From: Felis catus | Lineage: Eukaryota | DNA: 64,000 nt | Direction of reading: 5' to 3' | NCBI RefSeq assembly: GCF_018350175.1 | Contig: NC_058368.1 | Span: 159,094,001 to 159,158,000, forward strand | In this document: positions 11,471 to 23,496 of the stretch, piece after piece | How the letters are laid out: the number at the start of each line of letters is the position of its first letter | How positions within the stretch are numbered: position 1 is the first letter of the stretch | The notes under the pieces: generated by a model | Databases searched by the model: none | The model's input: the letters and a program-made list of their open reading frames with translations, nothing else | What the model was told of the DNA's origin: nothing | Translations under genes and position numbers: made by a program

Positions 11471-12006
11471 CAAGTGATAGTAAACTTCATGTTGTTCTAG
11501 GCACCATATAAGAGGGTGTTCTTTAGGAGACGTTACATTTCCTAAATGACACATGACGATAAATATCCAACAATATTGACTTGTGCCACTTCTGGTAGTA
11601 ATGGGTGCTTCTTACTGGAAACCCCATATTAGAGAAATTTTAAAAAGTCTCCCTCCCCCCAAGAAATACAAATACATTTTGTCACATTTTTGTGGAGAGT
11701 TACAATGTTGGGAAGGTACATAGTTGTCAAGGAGAAGCTAAGGAATTGAGAAGGGTGTTCTAAAGGGCAAGAATAATCTAAAATGTAATTGGGAGGGAGA
11801 AGAAACCCCATCAATGTGTTTAGTGGGTTTTAGGAGGTAAGAGCCAAGCTGCTGTTTTCTTGAGGGAGAAGCATATTCTTATCTTGGCTGAAACACAGCT
11901 ACGTGGTTTAAAACTTACCTTAAGGAGAAAAGGAATAAAGAAAGGAGAACATAGTTGATAGAAGATTGAATTATGAAAATATTACTAGTTAACTTGAAGT
12001 GCTCAT

Positions 12007-12095
12007 CATTCATTCATTGATCCAACAAGTACTTATTGGGTATTTTCTGTGTGCCAGACATTGTCAGATGCTAAGAATACAGTAATAAAAAGATC
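12007..12095 (-). mobile_element. L2 3' end fragment
   Basis: cattcattcattgatccaacaagtacttattggg...tgtgtgccagacattgt...gaatacagtaat. Confidence 0.75.
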
Positions 12096-12279
12096 CAATC
12101 TAAGAATAAGGAAAGTTATGTGCTTTTGTTATTTCTTTAATGTGTACAAAAGTTTCTCTGATAAGCAGGCACTTGTGAAATATTCAATGAATAAGACCTG
12201 AATGTCATTCAGTAATTATTTGCTGGACAAAAGACACAGTCCCTCATCTTAAGAAACAAAGAAAAGTCTAATGAGAACT

Positions 12280-12510
12280 CAAACTTATTGGTCTCTAGCT
12301 ATGTGCTAAGCAGTGCTAAGTGCTTTATGTTGATTTTTTTTTTAGTTTAATGCTTTCTATAACTATATCAAATAAATACTGTTGTTACAGACGAGGAAAC
12401 AAATTTAGAGAAGTTAAGTAACTTGGTCTTAAGATTCCATAGCTACTAAGTGGCAGAACTAAAATTTGAAAAGAGCAGTCCAGGTTCCTCTTTTAAGCAC
12501 TGTATTAAAC
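12280..12510 (-). mobile_element. MIR
   Basis: tatgtgctaagcagtgctaagtgcttta...ttacagacgaggaaac...agagaagttaagtaacttg...agctactaagtggcagaac. Confidence 0.85.
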
Positions 12511-13024
12511 TGGATTCTCCTGCCTCCCTGATAAGGTCAGCAGGTGCCCAGGATCTTTTCAAAAGCGTTGCACATATTTAATCTCTACTGCTGGTATTGG
12601 AACTTGGGTAGAACAATGTGAGAAGCCTTAAATACAGTAAGTGATTTAATCATCACATCAATTTTATGAACATTTTATTATAATGGTTTATGTCAGACTG
12701 GGTCATCAGTCATCAAACAGAATAGAGAAAATTCTACTTACTGAATTGGCATTTTGTCTTAATAAAAAATCAAAGACACTCCCTGCCTTTTAGAACCCAT
12801 TATAAGTTAAACTTCTGGGATAAGACCTTAAATTCTTAGTGAAAGTATAATTGTTTGGAGTTTTAAATCACTTGTCTTCAACAATTCTCCAATAATTTGT
12901 TGAACAAATTATACTCAGTATCCTACTAATTAAATTGACACAATATTTGGATCATCTTTTATTTGCCAGGTACTGTTTTAAGGATTGAAGATAGCAAATG
13001 AGATAGTTTTTATAGATGATATCG

Positions 13025-13680
13025 AATTGCTGTCCACAATTATTCTAGAAATGTGCATTGCTACCAGCAAGTAAAGGATGTTCCTTTCCCCTATCCTTTG
13101 GAACATAATATATATTTTTTCTAACCTAATTGGCTTTTTAAAAATGTTATTGTAGCTTTATCCTGTGTTTCTCTTTTTTATGAGTGAGGTTGAGTATCTT
13201 TTCACGTTTTTAGGCCATGTGCTTTTGTATTTCTGTGAACTCTCTTCCTATACCTCTCCCACATTTCTATTGGGCTGTTGGTATTTTTTTTTTAATGATT
13301 TGTGGAAATACTACGTACTGAAATAATTTACTGAGTGTTGCCTCAACATCACTTGTAGAATAATTAATTTTAAATATAAATTTTAAATGTCAACTTTAAC
13401 ACATTCTAAATTCTCAGCTGCATTGGGAACTATCTCTGGATTTCTGTTTTATTCCTTTGAAATTTTAGTTCTTCCATGAGCCAATACCACATTTATTTAT
13501 TTTGGCTGAATACTATGTAATATCTGGTAAAACTAGACCCCTTAATGCCTTTCAGATTTTCTTGGCTCGTCTTGTATATGTTTTTCCAGAAGTACTTTTG
13601 AATTGACTCATCTAATTAAAAAAAAACACTTAGTTATAAACATTAATAGAGACATAAAAGATACTGATATTTTGAGGTAT
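13025..13680 (-). mobile_element. Ancient L1 (L1M) ORF2/3' fragments; probably continues, very degraded, to about 15400
   Basis: ccagcaagtaaaggatgttcctttcccc...tatgagtgaggttgagtatcttttcacgtt...ggccat...ttttctattgggctgtt. Confidence 0.6.
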
Positions 13681-13693
13681 TGATTTATATTTA

Positions 13694-13963
13694 TTTTATT
13701 TATTTATTTTTACTTTACTTTACTTTACTTTTCTTTTATTTTATTTTATTTTATTTTATTTTATTTTATTTTATTGATTGAGACACAGAGAGAGCATGAG
13801 CAGGGGAGGGACAGAGAGAGAGAGTGAGACACAGAATCCAAAGCAGGCTTCAGGCTCTGAGCTGTCAGCACAGAGCCCAATTCGGGGCTTGAACTCACAA
13901 ACTAAGAGATCATGACCTGAGCCGCAGTCGGACGCTTTACCGACTGAGCCATCCAGGCACCCC
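13694..13963 (-). mobile_element. Can-SINE with an expanded (TTTTA)n/(TTTAC)n tail
   Basis: 13-bp TSD tgatttatattta at 13681-13693 and 13964-13976. Confidence 0.95.
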
Positions 13964-14110
13964 TGATTTATATTTACTGATAAAACTCAGGAAGCATGGA
14001 CAATTTTCTGTTTTTGAGTGTTTCTATCCAACAATACACAGTACCTTTAATTTTTTTATGTGCATTATGTTCAAAAGAAATGTTTTAAAGTTTTGTAATA
14101 TTTTCAGTTT

Positions 14111-14310
14111 CCGACTTCAGCTCAGGTCATGATCTTCTGGTTAGGGAATTCTATCTGGGACCTAAGGTTGAGCCCATGTCGTGCTCTCTGCTGACAGCTC
14201 ATAGCCTGGAGCCTGCTTCAGATTTTGTGTCTCCCTCTCCCTCTGCCCCTCCCTCACTTATGCTCTGTCTCTGTCTCTTTCTCTTATAAATAAACATTAA
14301 AAAAATATAT
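14111..14310 (+). mobile_element. 5'-truncated Can-SINE with an 18-bp internal insertion
   Basis: Begins at ccgacttcagctcaggtcatg. Extra tatctgggacctaaggtt at 14152-14169. Confidence 0.9.
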
Positions 14311-14596
14311 TTGTAAAACTTTTAAACAAAATTATTATTCTCATATTTTATCTTTTTGGTGTCATTTTAGTCATTTAGTTTTTGCAATCATATTTTTGAA
14401 TTGATTTTTGTGTACTTGGAAATCATTAATCCCACATTATTATGTTATTTATTCATAATGGTTTTTATTATTGTTATTTGTAATAGTGGTGCTAGGTGTA
14501 ATAATGGTAATAATATCTAATAAAGTCAATAATAACAGTTGCAAATAATGGTAATGTTTATCCTTTCCTGGTTCTTGTTATCCTCATTATCCTGTC

Positions 14597-14660
14597 TCCA
14601 TCTAGCCATATGTCCATCCATCCACCTACCCATCCATCCATCCATCCATCCATTCATCCT
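14597..14660. repeat. (CCAT)n microsatellite, imperfect
   Basis: Directly visible. Confidence 0.85.
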
Positions 14661-15424
14661 GTTTAGCTTAAGAATTATTTAAGAGAGATCCCAAAACATT
14701 TCTTATATGCTTGTTTATATGTGTTATTAATTTATACTTTAATTGAATTATGCTCAGAGGATATTATTTGTATTATTTTTATTTTGAAATTAATGGAAAG
14801 TTTTATGGATATTCATATATGGCCACTGTTACAAATGTTTTTGGGGAAGCTGAAAAGAAGATATATTCCTTGTTTTGAGATTTAACTTATTGAATATGCT
14901 GTTTAGGACTTTAATATTTGCTTAGTGTTGTTCACATCATTTGCCACATACTGAAAAAATACTATCTCATTATTTCTCCTTTTATTTCCTGATGTTTTGT
15001 GTGAGAATATTGATACTATGCTATTTGGTGCTTATTCTTAAATTCTAGAACTCTCTATTCATAGTATTATTTATCAATAGACACTGACTCTTTGTTAATT
15101 TTTATTCTCCTTTTCTTTCAATTCATATTTTTCAAATAGATTAAACCCATGGCTTATATGTAAAATGATCTTATATGACTCTGCCCATTTGTTTTTATCA
15201 CTTTTGAATTTATATGTACTTGTTGATACACTCTGAGAACCTTTTTTCATTTTAAGGGTGTGTTTCCCTATTGGCACTTATTGATATAAGTATTTTTAGC
15301 CCCAGAGTCATATTTTGCATATACTTTGAGTCTATTGCTACTTTGTGAACATTTCATTCTAAGGAATGCATTTTTTGTATGTGGATTCTTTTACATTTCC
15401 CCAGAGATTTTGTTCTAGTGATTA

Positions 15425-15706
15425 TTTTTTTGCTTTGAGTAAAATTGACACGCACTGTTAAATTGTGTAAGTTTTAGGTATACAACGTAGTGATTGAACT
15501 TTTCTGTACATTATACTATGCTCATCTGTCACAATACAATGCTATTACAGTATGACTGACTTTATTCCCTCAGCTGTGTCTTTTATTCCCATGACAATCA
15601 TTCCATAACTGGTAATCTGTATCTCCTACTCCCCTTCACCAATTTTGTCCATCTTCCACCTACCTTTCCTCTGGCAACCATCAGTTTGTTCTCTGCAATT
15701 ACAGGC
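15425..15706 (-). mobile_element. Carnivore L1 3' end
   Basis: gagtaaaattgacac...ttttaggtatacaacgtagtgatt...ctctggcaaccatcagtttgttctctg, the same family as 9572-10656. Confidence 0.85.
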
Positions 15707-15838
15707 CTAATAATTTACCTTTATTCCACTGCTGCATAAAGGGTAGTCTGTGAAGTAATGCTGGTCTGCAAACTGTTGGTTAAGTACTGAGATAATTATA
15801 GAAATTGTGACTACACGTTTATAAATTTATAAGAATTG

Positions 15839-16018
15839 AAAAGCACAGCACAAGGAATATAGTCAGCAATGTTCTAATACTGTCATATGGTGATTAATGG
15901 TAACTATACTTATGGTGAGCATAGCCTAATGTATAAAATTGTCAAATCACTGTGTTGTACGCCTAAAACTAATATAATATTTTATGTCAAGTACACTTCA
16001 ATAAAAAAATAAAAAAAA
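15839..16018 (+). mobile_element. Carnivore L1 3' terminal fragment
   Basis: ggaatatagtcagcaat...ggtaactatacttatggtgagcatag...aatcactgtgttgtac...aaactaatataa...cttcaataaaaaa. Confidence 0.85.
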
Positions 16019-16515
16019 GGAAAAAGATAAAATTTAGAAAAGCCTATAAATCCATTAAGGTAGTAAAAAAGAAAAGATTTTCTATTTAATTTTGTTTGCT
16101 TGTCTTCCTCCCTTTTCTATTAGGGTAGATCTCTGAATTTAAAAGTCATACATTAAATAATAATTTTAAAAAGTCGACATTGATGCAACATCCAAGTATA
16201 TGATCAGTTGGCAAGCAGGACTTTATGGACCAATTTGGACGTTATTGTGCCTATGTGATTAGTCAGAGATAGCAAGCTCAGTAGGACTATGTTGAGTTCA
16301 TTAGACCATGATAGAATATATAATATCCTTACAGTTAATTTGTCAACAGTAACAGGTGTATAAATAAACTGAGGAATATGTAAAGATTTCAACAAAAGTT
16401 AGAAGATTAGAACAGAGTTTCTCCAGATAGTTATTAAGTATACCATAATTTAATAACAATTAACGATTCAATAAGAGATAATATTACTATTACACACTTG
16501 CAAAAAGTTATCATA

Positions 16516-17052
16516 AAAGAAAGGGGAACACCTTTACACTGTCATTGGGAGTGCAGAATGGTGCAGCCCCTCTGGAAAACAGAGATTTTTGGAGGTTCCT
16601 CAAAAAGTTAAAAATAGAACTACCCTATGACCCAGCAATTGCACCTCTAGGTATTTATCCAAAGGATACAAAAATACTGATTCAAAGGGCCACATGCACC
16701 CTAATGTTTATAGGAGTGCTATCCACAATAGCCAAATTATGATGAATACAGTATATATACATACAATCACACACAATGGAATATTACTCAGCCAGCAAAT
16801 AAAGAATGAAATCCTGCCATTGGTAATGGCATGGATGGAACTAGAGTGTATTATACCAAGTGAAATAAGTCAGAGAAAGACAAATACCACACAATTTCAC
16901 TCATGTGAAATTTAAGAACAAAATAGATGAACACTTGTGATGAGCACTGGGTGTGATATATAAGTGATAAACACTAAATTCTATCCTGAAACCAGCACTA
17001 AACTGTATGTTAACTAACTTGAGTTTAAATAAAATCTTGGAAGAAAAAAAAA
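16516..17052 (+). mobile_element. Carnivore L1 ORF2 C-terminus and 3' UTR, 5'-truncated with internal deletions
   Basis: ORF 16545-16742 translates [26 protein letters not shown], a classic ORF2 C-terminal motif. 3' end gatgagcactgggtg...tatgttaactaacttga...aataaa followed by an A tail. Confidence 0.92.
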
Positions 17053-17600
17053 CACTTTACACATTTGAATTTTATTTTCAACCAGAATTTTTTGATGAAT
17101 AGGAAATTCATATAGCCTTTTTTATTATGGAATGAATTCAAATTTAACTTTTACATTATAAATAGTTTGAAAACTCTTGAAGTTGAATAAAAGGTTCTAA
17201 AATATCAAGTAACTAAATGTATAAAATTAAATTCATGAAGATTATTTTAAATTCATTTTAAAAATCTAAAAATAAAAAAAAATTAAACTTAGAAAATATC
17301 AGCTATCTCACTTTAGAAACCATGTAAAAATATTCTGAATTTCTTAATTGGCTTTCCTTCCAACCAATATGATTTTTAAGGCTTGTCTACCATAGCTTCT
17401 CTACTATGAAAGCTAATAAAGTAAAATGTTAAATGCTATTAACATTCATAATTGGATACTTCTTGTAAATGAAATCATACAATGTAAAGTCTTTTGTATT
17501 TGGCTTTTTTCACTTAGTCTAATGCTTTTGAGTTCTATTCATGTTGTAGCATGTACCAGTAGTTTCTTTCTGTTACTGAGTTATATTCTATTGCATAGAT

Positions 17601-17810
17601 CTTTTTTTTTTTAATTTTTATTTACTTTTGAGAGTGAGAGACAGACAGAGTGCAAACAAGGGAGGAACAGAGAAGCAGACACAGAATTTGAAGAAGCTCC
17701 AGGCTCTGAGCTGTCAGCACAGAGCTTGACATGGGCCCAAACTCACGAACCGTGAGTTCATGACCTGAGCTGAAGCCAACGCTCAACCAACTGAGCCACC
17801 CAGGCACCCC
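17601..17810 (-). mobile_element. Can-SINE
   Basis: TSD tgcatagat at 17592-17600 and 17811-17819. Confidence 0.95.
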
Positions 17811-17869
17811 TGCATAGATAAACTTTTTAAATTTTCCCATCCACCAGCTGATGGACATTTGGAGCTCAA

Positions 17870-19080
17870 TGTGATTTTATTTGTATTTATTTATTTGCAT
17901 TTTTTAAAGTTTTTATGTAAATTTCAGTTAGTTAACATATGGTGTAATATTAGTTTCAGGTGTACAACATAGTGATTCAACACTTCCATATAAAACCCAG
18001 TGCTCATCACAGGTGCACTCCTTAATCCCCACCATGCCATTGCAAATGGCAAGATTTCGTTCCTTTTTATGGCTGAGTAATTTCCACTGTGTATATATAC
18101 TACTCTTCTGTATTTGTTCATCAATCGATGGACACTTTGGTTGGTTCCATAATTTGGCTATTGTGATGATGTTGCTATCAACATCAGGGTGCATATATCC
18201 CTTTGTATTAGTAATATTGTGTTCCTTGGGTAAATGCCTAATTATGCGATTGCTGGATCATAAGGTTGTTCCATTTTTAACTTTTTGAGGAACCTCCATA
18301 CCGTTTTCCACAGTGGCTGCACCAATTTGCATTGTACCTACAGTGCAAGAGAATTTCCCTTTCTTTGCTTCCTTGCCAACACCTGATTTTTGTGTTTTTT
18401 ATTTTAGCCATTCTGACAGATGTGAGGTGACATCTCATTGTAGTTGTGATTTGCATTGCCCTGATACGTGATGTTGAGCATCATTTCTTATGCCTGTTGG
18501 CTGTTTAGATCTTTTCTTTGGAGAAATGTCTATTCACATTTTCTGCCCTTTAATTGGATTATTTGTGCTTTGGGTGTTGAATTTTATAATTTATATATAA
18601 TATAATACAACAACATATATAATATAACTTATAAATGTATGTTATTTGTATATTTTGGATACTAACCCTTTATCAGATAGTCATTTGTAAATATCATCTC
18701 CCATTCAGGAAGTTGCCTTTTACTTTTGTTGATTATTTCCTTCACTGTGCAGAAGCTTTTAATTTTGATGTAATCCCAATAGCTTATTTTTGCTTTTTTT
18801 TTTTCCCCCTTTGGCTCAGGAGACATATCTAGAAAGAAGTTTCTGTGGCTGACTTCAAAGAAGTTGCTGCCTATGTTCACTTCTAGGATTTTTATGGATT
18901 CAGGTCTTACATTTAGGTCTTTAACTCATTTTGAATTTTTTGTGTGTGTGTATGGTATAAGAAAGCAGTCCACTTTCATTCTTGTGCAGCATTTTTTTGT
19001 CCAGCTTTCCCAACACCAGGTGTTGAAAAAGACCATCTTTTTCCCATTAGATATTATTTCCTGCTTTGTAGAAGATTAAT
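17870..19080 (-). mobile_element. Carnivore L1 3' region (ORF2 end and UTR)
   Basis: ttagttaacatatggtgtaatattagtttcaggtgtacaa...cccagtgctcatcac. ORFs 17928-18194 (IAKLWNQPKCPSIDE) and 18662-18880 (WDYIKIKSFCTVKE) are ORF2 fragments. Confidence 0.93.
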
Positions 19081-19443
19081 TTTAGGTTTCCATTTTTTTT
19101 TAACAGATTAATGGTATTAAGCATCTTTTCCTGTAAACCATCGTCTTTGTCTCTCAATCTTTGTGTTGATTGGATAGTGCATTCAAAGTTTGGCTAATTC
19201 TCACCCCTCTATCATTAAAACTCTGTTTTGGGACTTCTGTTGGTAAAACTACTATTCTCATCAACAGATATGGGAGTGAAGGTATGAGTGTATCTAGACA
19301 AAAGACCAGAGATTCCTGCTGCTTTTATCCAACGTTCTTGCAATTTCTTCAGAATGAACAGTTTGCAATTTCTTGCTTATCTTTTCATTGATTTACAGAG
19401 CTCAGATTGGCTATTTTGACAATGTTGTCCAGTTTTATAATTT

Positions 19444-19444
<1 letters not shown>

Positions 19445-19481
<37 letters not shown>

Positions 19482-19503
19482 CTCCTCTTCCTCCTCTTCT
19501 TCT
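19445..19503. repeat. (CCT)n/(CTT) polypyrimidine microsatellite
   Basis: Directly visible. Confidence 0.95.
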
Positions 19504-21232
19504 TTTTATTTTTTTTAATTTTTTTTGCAGAGGGTAGTGGGAAGGGGAATCTGCCACCTTTATAACACCACCATACCTAGAGGCTTTGTCTTTGTTAATT
19601 AAGCTTTATTATATCTTATAAAGAATTATTACTCTGTGATGAAGTAGAAATTGAAAAGGAAGAAAGAAAACCTGGTCCTTTACCACACATAGATAGATTA
19701 ATAAGCACTACTTCTTGTTAATCATTTAAGTTTCTTTCCTTTACACAGTATCTATTTGCTGCCTACCATGATTAAGAGCATAATTGGTTATTTTAATCTT
19801 TCTGATTTCTCTCCCTCCCTTCTACACTTCAGTAAATTATATTTTTTCTTAGTATTTAACTTTATGAAATTAAATTAATAGCAGATACTTTTATTACCAC
19901 TTTATCAACTTTTAAATAGTAATTTGAAACCCAGCCACTAGAGATGATAAAATCAGCCTACTGAACTTTCACTTGGGTCTTCTATTTTAAAATTGTATTA
20001 ATTATAAAATGTCTATATTATCCTGTTTATAACATTCACAATCTCTTTTATAATCCTAATCTCTTCATTTACTTTAATATGTACCTAAATTTTAAAAGGC
20101 TCAGTGATTCACTACTCAGTGAAACTACCAGTAGTTTCTTCATCATGTAGTTAGCTGATATAACTGTCACCTCTTCTTCAAGAGGAGCCATAAGAAATAG
20201 ACTGGATCCTTTCACTTTGTTCCATTTGTCAGTCACCCACATATGAGAATGACAAAATTGGGTCATACTTTTTTTTTTAAGATTTTGTAGATATTGCTCT
20301 ACCAGCATTGAACATTACTCTGGAATAAAAGGTTATATTGACATTTTTTCCCTTTCAGTAGCTTGATATTTGTACCTGTATATCTGATAACTTTACCAGG
20401 GTGTGTTTGATCATTTTGTATCAATTGTGTGTGTGTGTGTGTGGGGGGGGGGCATGGAGTACCCTCTCAGTCTATAGATTAAAATAACTCTTCCACTATG
20501 TTTGCATTATTGTTTGCGCCACTATTCTGTTTTTATCTAGGAGAAAAAAATATGCTTATGGTTTATTTCTTTTTTACTTATCTTTCCTAACATTTCTTTT
20601 ATAGTCATTGTCATGGTTCATTTCCATTTTACTCTATTGTTAAAAATCTTGTCCTTTATGTTCTTTCATCTGCTTTCAGTGTTGTCTATTTTCTTTTGAG
20701 CCCCTTCAACTATGCCTCATTTATGCTAATTCATTGGTTCTTATCCTACTTTTTAAATGAATGCTGACAAATTTAAATTTCATCTCCTTCTACTGTGTCC
20801 CATACAAACCTGAGCTATTACATCTTTGTTTTCACTTTTCATTATAGAAACAATTGATTTCTTGACTTTGAAAAAACTTATGAAGATGTGTGCCATCAAA
20901 ATCTTTGTTCTACGGTGACTGTTTCCTGGTGTGCTTTCTTCTTTGGCTATTTCTTTTGTTTCTTTCCTCCTCCTTCTTGTATCTTTGCATAGATCCTTTT
21001 TGCATTCACTTTGGAATTGTTGAAATTATAAAAATAACGATAACAATAGGAAGGGAAGAGAAGATTGGTATCCAGGGATACATATACGAGGCTGTCGGTA
21101 ATTCTTTCACTGTTATGGAATGGAGTGTGTGAGTGAGGCTGTTTTGCCTTTATGTTTTCACTGTCAGCTAAAATCCTGAAGGCTGGTTCATTCACAGTGG
21201 CAGTTCTCTCTTTTTCCTGTGCTATAGTCATC

Positions 21233-21611
21233 TGCAGTGGTAAATGGATTCCCACTCAAAATTTGGTTTGGGTATTGAGGCTAATGATGCTATACAAACA
21301 AGAGGGTGTAGAAAGTTTGATTCTTTAATTATATAATTCATTTCTCTGGATAAAGCAGGTCCAGAATGACTTGAGAGTAGAGAGAATGGCTCTTGGCTTT
21401 ACTGTGGTTCAGAGAAGGGGTCAAGAGTCAGAGTTTCTGCACATAGAGGTTTGCATGGTTTGAATCTTCTGCAAGTGTCAGTGGAATGAAAACCAGTTTT
21501 TCTTAGCTTGTCCAGATGTGGAGTACAAGGGTAAGAAAGAGGGGGTAAGCTTAAAAGCTGTTAGCATTCAGAAAAAAAAAAAAGAAAAAAAAGATAGTCT
21601 ACTCATGATAC
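21233..21611 (-). mobile_element. ERV solo LTR (MER90-like, tentative name)
   Basis: ggattcccactcaaaatttggtttgg...gatgc...aagcaggtccagaatgacttgagag...ggtttgaatct...agcttgtccagatgtgg...gcttaaaagctgttagca. Confidence 0.65.
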
Positions 21612-21938
21612 TCTGTCCCACTGACATAGTGCTTCCTGTAAATAGGCTTAACTGTGTGGTTCCCTATGGAGTGCCATCTTTCCAGAGTTGAACAGTGTTT
21701 GTTACACAGATTGTGCTGCCTTCCAGCTGACCCTACTTTTATTCTTATGAATGGACTATTGGTGATTTTGTATCTCATTATATACCATTATCCACTAAGT
21801 AAATTTGCCAGAGCTTATACAAATCTGCAGCAGTAGGCATGCCCCTTCTATCTTCACTGTTTGTCAGCTTTTCTTCTTGTTGATGGTTCAGTGTTTCAGC
21901 TGCCTCTTGGAGTTAAAAGAGTTGGGAATGATGTCTAT

Positions 21939-22136
21939 TTCTTAAAAAATGTTTATTTATTTATTTTGAGAGACAGGGGGAGAGAGAAAAAGAGAGAAGG
22001 AAGAGAGAATCCTAAGCAGGCTCCACACCGTCAGTGAAGAGCCCAATGCGGGGCTTGAACTCACGAACCATGAGATTATGATCCAAGCCAAAATCAAGAG
22101 TCAAATGCGTTACCAACTGAGCCACTCAGAAGCCCC
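21939..22136 (-). mobile_element. Can-SINE (older subfamily)
   Basis: gagaatcctaagcaggctccacaccgtcag...aaatcaagagtc, with TSD atgtctat. Confidence 0.9.
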
Positions 22137-22229
22137 AATGTCTATGTTTTTTTTACTCTTTTAATTACATTTTGGGATTTCAATGGTATTTCAGTCTTTT
22201 TTTTATAGCATCATATTATTATAGTGTAG

Positions 22230-22470
22230 GGTATAGTGTAATTTATTTATCACCCTATAGATGAAATTAATGATGCTCATACCCCTATTAGCAAAAACTG
22301 AAGAAAACATATTATTTAGCTTTATAGCACATATAGCTTTGCACATATTTGTCAATATATTAAAATAGATTTTGAGAAATATAATTGTCCAATAAAAATC
22401 ATATACATTTTACATTTTAGGAATAATTATCAAATTGTTTTCCAGAAAAATTATTCCAATTTATACTTGG
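22230..22470 (-). mobile_element. Ancient L1 fragment
   Basis: ctttgcacatatttg...tagattttgagaaat...caaattgttttccagaaaaattattccaatttatac. Confidence 0.5.
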
Positions 22471-22924
22471 ATCATAAGGTTCTAGAGTCCCAGGAAAAAC
22501 TTACTTGTTATAAATAAATCTTTAGGTCTCTTGAAATTGAGGGCCAGAAGAAGCTTTAGAGGGAGATTTGGGGCCTCGTCCTTATGTTAACATGAGCTTG
22601 TTGGAGTCATTAATAAAAAAAATGAGGGATGAGAGATGTGGCAATTTATTCCCCCAAACTGATTGCACTGGCTACAAAATCAGGGGAATGACATAAAATG
22701 ATTTTATATATTTATTGTATTTTTTTATTTTAATTTTTTATTCAAATATCAACAATGATTTATATTTTTAAAAGAATGTTAGTGTTTGCCATGTGAAGAA
22801 TGACTTGGAAATGAGTTGTGCAAAAATAGATAAAGGTGGCTTAGATTAATGTAGCAATGGAGATAATTAGGCAATGAATATGAGGTATTTCATTGGTTAC
22901 TTATTATTTACTGATACTGACTGT

Positions 22925-23080
22925 TTTACTTTATCTCTCATAATCCATATAACCCTGTGTTCTTACTATCCCCAATTTTCAAATGAGAAGACTGAATCTT
23001 GCAGAAACTATGGAACTTTCCCAAAATCATTTTATAAATGTTTGAACTGAATTTTGACCTTCAATCAGTCTGCCTATAAA
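22925..23080 (-). mobile_element. MIR fragment
   Basis: ataaccctgtg...tatccccaattttcaaatgagaagactgaa...aactttcccaaaatca. Confidence 0.6.
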
Positions 23081-23496
23081 TTTTGTCTTATTTTATGTTT
23101 GTTTTAGAACATCACAAGCTCATTATTTTTTACAAAACAGAACAAGAAACCTGTTTCATGGAGGAGGGAGATGTAAACAACCATCATCCATGACAAATCA
23201 CTATAAGCATTAAGTCATTGCAGTATGTGTTTCCATATAATTTTTTGTTTCTTTCCTTGTGTAAATATCTTCTTTCTCATCAGTTTTATAACTCAGGTTT
23301 CATGTACAATTTAAATATAAGCAGATTTCCATGTCATTAAAGATTTAAAGCATTTAATAAATGAATTTATAATATTTACTATAATCATAGTTACATATCA
23401 TATATATACATTTAAGGCAATAACAGAAAAATTCTTATAACAAAGTAAAAAGTAAATACGTGTACCAAAAAGCAAAACTAAATTCTAATAAATATT

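Larger units (their letters stand above)
17455..19586 (-). mobile_element. Old L1 (L1MB/L1M3-like) with 3' region, an ORF2 remnant and the 5' end, interrupted by a SINE and a younger L1
   Basis: 3' part gtaaatgaaatcatacaatgta...catgttgtagcatgtaccagtag. ORF2 remnant aatggtattaagcatcttttc at ~19110. 5'-end signature ttgacaatgttgtccagttttata...caccaccatacctagaggc. Confidence 0.6.
15727..19710. mobile_element. Fragmented hAT-Charlie element (MER5C/Charlie10 family) hosting several retroelement insertions
   Basis: Three colinear pieces: left end 15727-15838 (cactgctgcataaagggtagtctg...gctggtctgcaaactgtt...agaaattg), middle 16176-16292 (gacattgatgcaacatccaag...tgatcag...gtaggactatg) and right end ~19590-19710 (ctggtcctttaccacacatagatag...aagcacta). 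Confidence 0.65.

Noticed and set aside
16545..18880. ORFs with real protein similarity
   Set aside because: They are short, interrupted L1 ORF2 fragments rather than functional CDS.
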